Assembly: GCA_951406725.2 (NCBI GenBank)
Contig: OX597814.1
Span: forward strand, 211,296,001-211,360,000
Direction: 5' to 3'
From: Octopus vulgaris
Lineage: Eukaryota
DNA length: 64,000 nucleotides
Shown here: in pieces, positions 59,725 to 64,000 of the stretch
How positions within the stretch are numbered: the first letter of the stretch is position 1
How the letters are laid out: the number at the start of each line of letters is the position of its first letter
Notes under the pieces: generated by a model
Told to the model about the DNA's origin: nothing
The model's input: only the letters and a program-made list of their open reading frames with translations
The model's database searches: none
Program-made: the position numbers and the translations under genes

Positions 59725-60025
59725 CTTCAGCACTATAGACACGCCAGCAGACTTCTCCTTGCTTTCCACTGTGGAAAAACCCTGTACTGCACCCTCTTCA
59801 ACAGGCTCATTTCAGCGTCTCTTAGACCAACGTGCTTGAAACCGAGTGTGGCTTGAAACCCAGCAGCAACTCTATAGACATGGTGTTTGCTGCGCGTCGA
59901 GTGAAAGAAAGTGTATTGAAAAAGAGATGGATCTATTTTCCACGTTTACAGGCACTACCCATGCTTCGTTGACCAACCTAAGCTGGGCTGCCCACGCAAG
60001 TTCACCCAACTGTTAAGACTCTGGT
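59725..60025 (+). pseudogene. Decayed RTE-clade LINE reverse transcriptase fragment
   Basis: Frameshifted SLLSTVEK..LFNRLIS..ETECG..P..NSIDMVFAARRV..KCIEKEMDLF..KLGCPRKFTQLLRL. Confidence 0.8.
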
Positions 60026-60270
60026 AAGACAAATTTTCCTCTGCCTTAAACCCATGTAACTCAATCCATACATTTTCATCCATTAACTTCCTCTACGAAC
60101 CATTTTTTCTTGACAATTATTTGTCTATATTTACAAGACTTTGCATCTCTTATTGAAATAATAATCATAGAATATTGTAGTGATGCTTCATTCCCTAACA
60201 AGATGAGGACGTAACAACATGACAGCTAAAACCCAGGATCTTTAGCGAGACACAAACCTTTATTTATAGA

Positions 60271-60372
60271 TGTACCTGATGAGACCCAGACTTGAAAATT
60301 GATGCAACATATGTTGAAAGGAGTCCCACCCATAAGAGACAATACAAGGATGGGTCGAAGCGACATTGTACA
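60271..60372 (+). ncRNA. Degenerate hammerhead motif with long stem II insertion
   Basis: TGTAC-CTGATGA-GACCCA-[62 nt]-TGGGTC-GAAGCGACATT-GTACA, followed by AATAAA. GAAA is altered to GAAG. Confidence 0.45.
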
Positions 60373-60876
60373 AAATAAACATTAATACCAAATCCATCTT
60401 CTCGTTACTTAAGCATACAGACACACACACTCAAATATATATATATACATGAGGAGAGATAGTGATTGGCATTTTCTCTTGCTCTCTTCAATTATTAAAT
60501 GCTGTCATGAGATGGTATATGACTATCAAGTCCGACATTGGACAAGCAAACCCTATTACAATTATCATAAATATTTTCATACCGAAAAGTGCTAAGGATT
60601 AAAGTTAATTCTTGTTTAAAAAGTGCTCGTTCAATGATGGATTGTACTATGGTTCGTGATTCAAATACTTTACGACTATTGTAAATCATATGTTTTTCAA
60701 AACCGATCGATCTTCCGTCCTTAGCACATTATGAACATTAAAGTCCTTAACACATTATGAACATGAAAGTTGCTTTTGACATCATGCCTATACGTAATCA
60801 GAGGCGGTTGGTTTGAGTCTTACAATGAAGCAACTCGATAGGCCACCGGAAAGTCGCTTTGCAACGTGGTGTAAGT

Positions 60877-61310
60877 CCATGTGGTAAAACGTGGTGTAGG
60901 TACAAGTGCGTTGTTTCCTAGCTACATGGTGCTGGGTTCTGTCTAAGTGCTTGGCAACTCAGTTAGATCTACTTTAATATAGCTTCGGGTTGACCAAAAC
61001 CTTGTGAGAGTATTTGGTAGACGGAAAATGAAAGAAGCCAGTCGTATGTGTGTATGTGTATGTGAGTGCGTGTATGTATGTGTGTGTGTGTGTGCACGCA
61101 CGCGAGAGTATGACTATATGAGTATGTATATATGATATTGCATCCTCTTGTCTGTGTTTGTCGCCCACCACCGTTTCACAACCGGTCCTGGAGCTTTGAC
61201 GTGCTCTTAACTTCGTGATTCGACCAACGAACTCGTTAGAACAAGTACCAACCATTAAAAGTTAACTACTGCTATCGATTCATTCCGTTAATAATTCTTC
61301 AAAGGTGTGA
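60877..61310 (+). mobile_element. SINE family A, degenerate
   Basis: GACCAAAACCTTGTGAGAGTATTTGGTAGACGGAAAATGAAAGAAGCC...TGTCTGTGTTTGTCGCCCACCACC. Confidence 0.8.
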
Positions 61311-61330
61311 CCCAATTGAGTCAAACGAGT

Positions 61331-61427
61331 TATATATATATATATACATATATACATATATATACACATATATATATATATACATACATATATATATACA
61401 TGTATACATATGCATATACATATATAC

Positions 61428-61478
<51 letters not shown>

Positions 61479-61485
61479 TATACAC

Positions 61486-61538
<53 letters not shown>

Positions 61539-61647
61539 CATATATATACATATATATATACATATATAAACATATATGTACATATATATGTATATACATA
61601 TATACAAATATATATATATATACATATATATATACATATATATATAC

Positions 61648-61716
<69 letters not shown>
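61331..61716. repeat. Imperfect (AT)n/(ATAC) array
   Basis: Directly visible. Confidence 0.97.
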
Positions 61717-61717
<1 letters not shown>

Positions 61718-61954
61718 GAGAGACAGTGAGATAATGTGAGAGAGATGTATATATCTATTTATGTGTATATATGTATATACATAAATTGATAGGTAGATAG
61801 ATACATATATATATATATATATATGTTTGTACCGACGTTCTGGAAATTTATGCATTTAATATTTTAATATGCCATATATTGTAATCATTTCTGCTACATA
61901 TCCTATGATGTTTCTGTCTTAATTATTTGCAACATGTATCACGAAGCAAGTATT

Positions 61955-61980
61955 CTTTCTTCTTCTTTTTCTTCTTCGTC

Positions 61981-62038
<58 letters not shown>

Positions 62039-62065
62039 CATTATTATTATTATTATTATTTTTGC

Positions 62066-62122
<57 letters not shown>

Positions 62123-62183
62123 CACTACTGTCGTCGTCGTCATCATCATCCTCATAATCATCATCATCATCATCATCATCATT
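61955..62183. repeat. Compound trinucleotide array (TTC)-(TTA)n-(TCG)-(TCA)n
   Basis: Directly visible. Confidence 0.97.
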
Positions 62184-63090
62184 AATATCTTCACCATAAT
62201 TTTTTTATATATTTTTGCACGCGTTCATTTATCTGCATACGAAGACAGAAACGTATGTACCAGGAATTATAAATATAACGTTGTGCTTGGTACTTTCACC
62301 AGACGGTGTGTTTATATGAATAAGTGTATGTGAATATGTGTCGACATACAAACGATTTTCTTGAACTTTTCATGTTCAGACGGAGTAGAATGGAGTAAGT
62401 AGTAAATTTAGTTTTGCTTCATTAAAATATCGATATATTTCTAAATATAATAAATATTAGATATATATATATATACGTATTGAAATGTTTGAGTAGTTCA
62501 ATAGAGAAATGAAAGAAAGCAAATGCATCGACTGCTTCGAGTATTGCTGTGTGTAGAGTGGAAACTGCACTTTATTATATACCGACAAAGATAATTACGA
62601 AAAAGGAAAGATAAGGTGAAGTGCATAGGAAACTAGAGAGTGATAGAAATAGACAGATGGAAACACTGAAAGAAACACCACAGACACACACGAATACACT
62701 TTTTCGCATACATAACTACAGACATATAAATATAAATATCTACGTTTGTGTGATTGCGCATTGAAAGAAAGGGAGAAATACAGTGACTGACTGAGAAAAA
62801 ATTATACGTAGGTAAGTCGCAACGGTTTCTCTCCATATATCTCTTACATGATTCACACCGTTTCATACTACCTTACGCTTTGTGTTCGGCAAGAAAAATT
62901 TATTGCTATATCTATAAATAGTTGCTTAAGTCAAACTAGATTGCAAGCTTGAAAAACGTATCAATTTATAAATGTCTTGGAATGTATTTGTATGTACACA
63001 TATAAAAGACGAATGCTCACACATTTATATATAGGAAAGCAAATACAACACCCATATCACAGTATATTAGTTTGCTCTCTGGTCGTGCTG

Positions 63091-63145
<55 letters not shown>

Positions 63146-63247
63146 AATATTTCTATTATTATCGGCATCAGCATCACTATGATCATAATCATTAATATGT
63201 AAACATATTTTCGCAGTGTGGCAGTCGTTCATGAGAAACTTTAAAAG

Positions 63248-63310
<63 letters not shown>

Positions 63311-63659
63311 CAGAATGCGATAAAAATCCAAGGCTGTGAAATATTTCAGAACATATATAAAGAGAAGGTCTTAAAACCTGCTTCCGCGATATTTTATATA
63401 TACCTTCATCAGAAAGGGTGCGAGAAGATGGTTACGCAATAGTTATTCTAGAGAAGATATGGAATAGAGAGTGAAGTGGAGGAATGAAAACAGACGTGAG
63501 ATATGCAAGGATATTGCCTCTGCAGTTCCATTATTCAAACATAATGGTGTACATATAAGTTTCCTCTCCCTTGTGTGTAATTTCCAATAGTATTTAAAAT
63601 TGGTGTGTCCATAGCACTTACTCAACATTACCTGACACCTTTGGACCTATTGACTCCAT

Positions 63660-63663
<4 letters not shown>

Positions 63664-63744
<81 letters not shown>

Positions 63745-63768
63745 TACCATTATCATCATCATCATCGC

Positions 63769-63828
<60 letters not shown>

Positions 63829-63845
63829 CATTATTATTATTATTA
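63664..63845. repeat. Compound (CT)n-(AT)n-(TTA)n microsatellite
   Basis: Directly visible. Confidence 0.97.
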
Positions 63846-63846
63846 A

Positions 63847-64000
63847 GGCGTCGAGCTTGCAGAATCGTTAGCATGCTGGACGAAATACTGAGCGGTATTT
63901 CGTCTGCCATCACGTTCTGAGTTCAAATGCCGCTTTAAAACCCCTGGGGCAATGTAATCGAATATCCCCGTTCCCTAAATTTCAGGCCTTGTACCCATAG
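63847..64000 (+). mobile_element. SINE family B with internal deletion, running to the window end
   Basis: GGCGTCGAGCTTGCAGAATCGTTAGCATGCTGG...TTCGTCTGCC..ACGTTCTGAGTTCAAATGCCGC. Confidence 0.88.

Overview
This is AT-rich, microsatellite-saturated eukaryotic DNA, not prokaryotic. The SINE families and composition look like a cephalopod (Octopus-like) intergenic or intronic region; the taxon is my inference from recalled repeat families, not from a search. I found no convincing host gene exon, and most listed ORFs are translations of (AT)n, (GT)n or (TAGA)n tracts. The window is a nested transposon landscape. It contains a young 5'-truncated CR1/L2-group LINE with an intact RT ORF (12767-14136) and an older CR1-like LINE (31240-32258). 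It also contains an internally deleted Gypsy element with both LTRs (2928-5310), a palindromic two-5'-end mariner derivative (6603-7720), a non-autonomous Helitron (9261-9646), and decayed Tx1, RTE and RLE-type LINE fragments. At least four tRNA-derived SINE families are present. The most notable signals are: (1) non-coding elements carrying minimal hammerhead-ribozyme motifs with covarying stems, always embedded in (TA)n, one of which sits inside a LINE codon run that has become two long (TA)n tracts; (2) a structurally conserved 3'-end motif shared by two LINEs and two SINE families; (3) modular SINE tail swapping.
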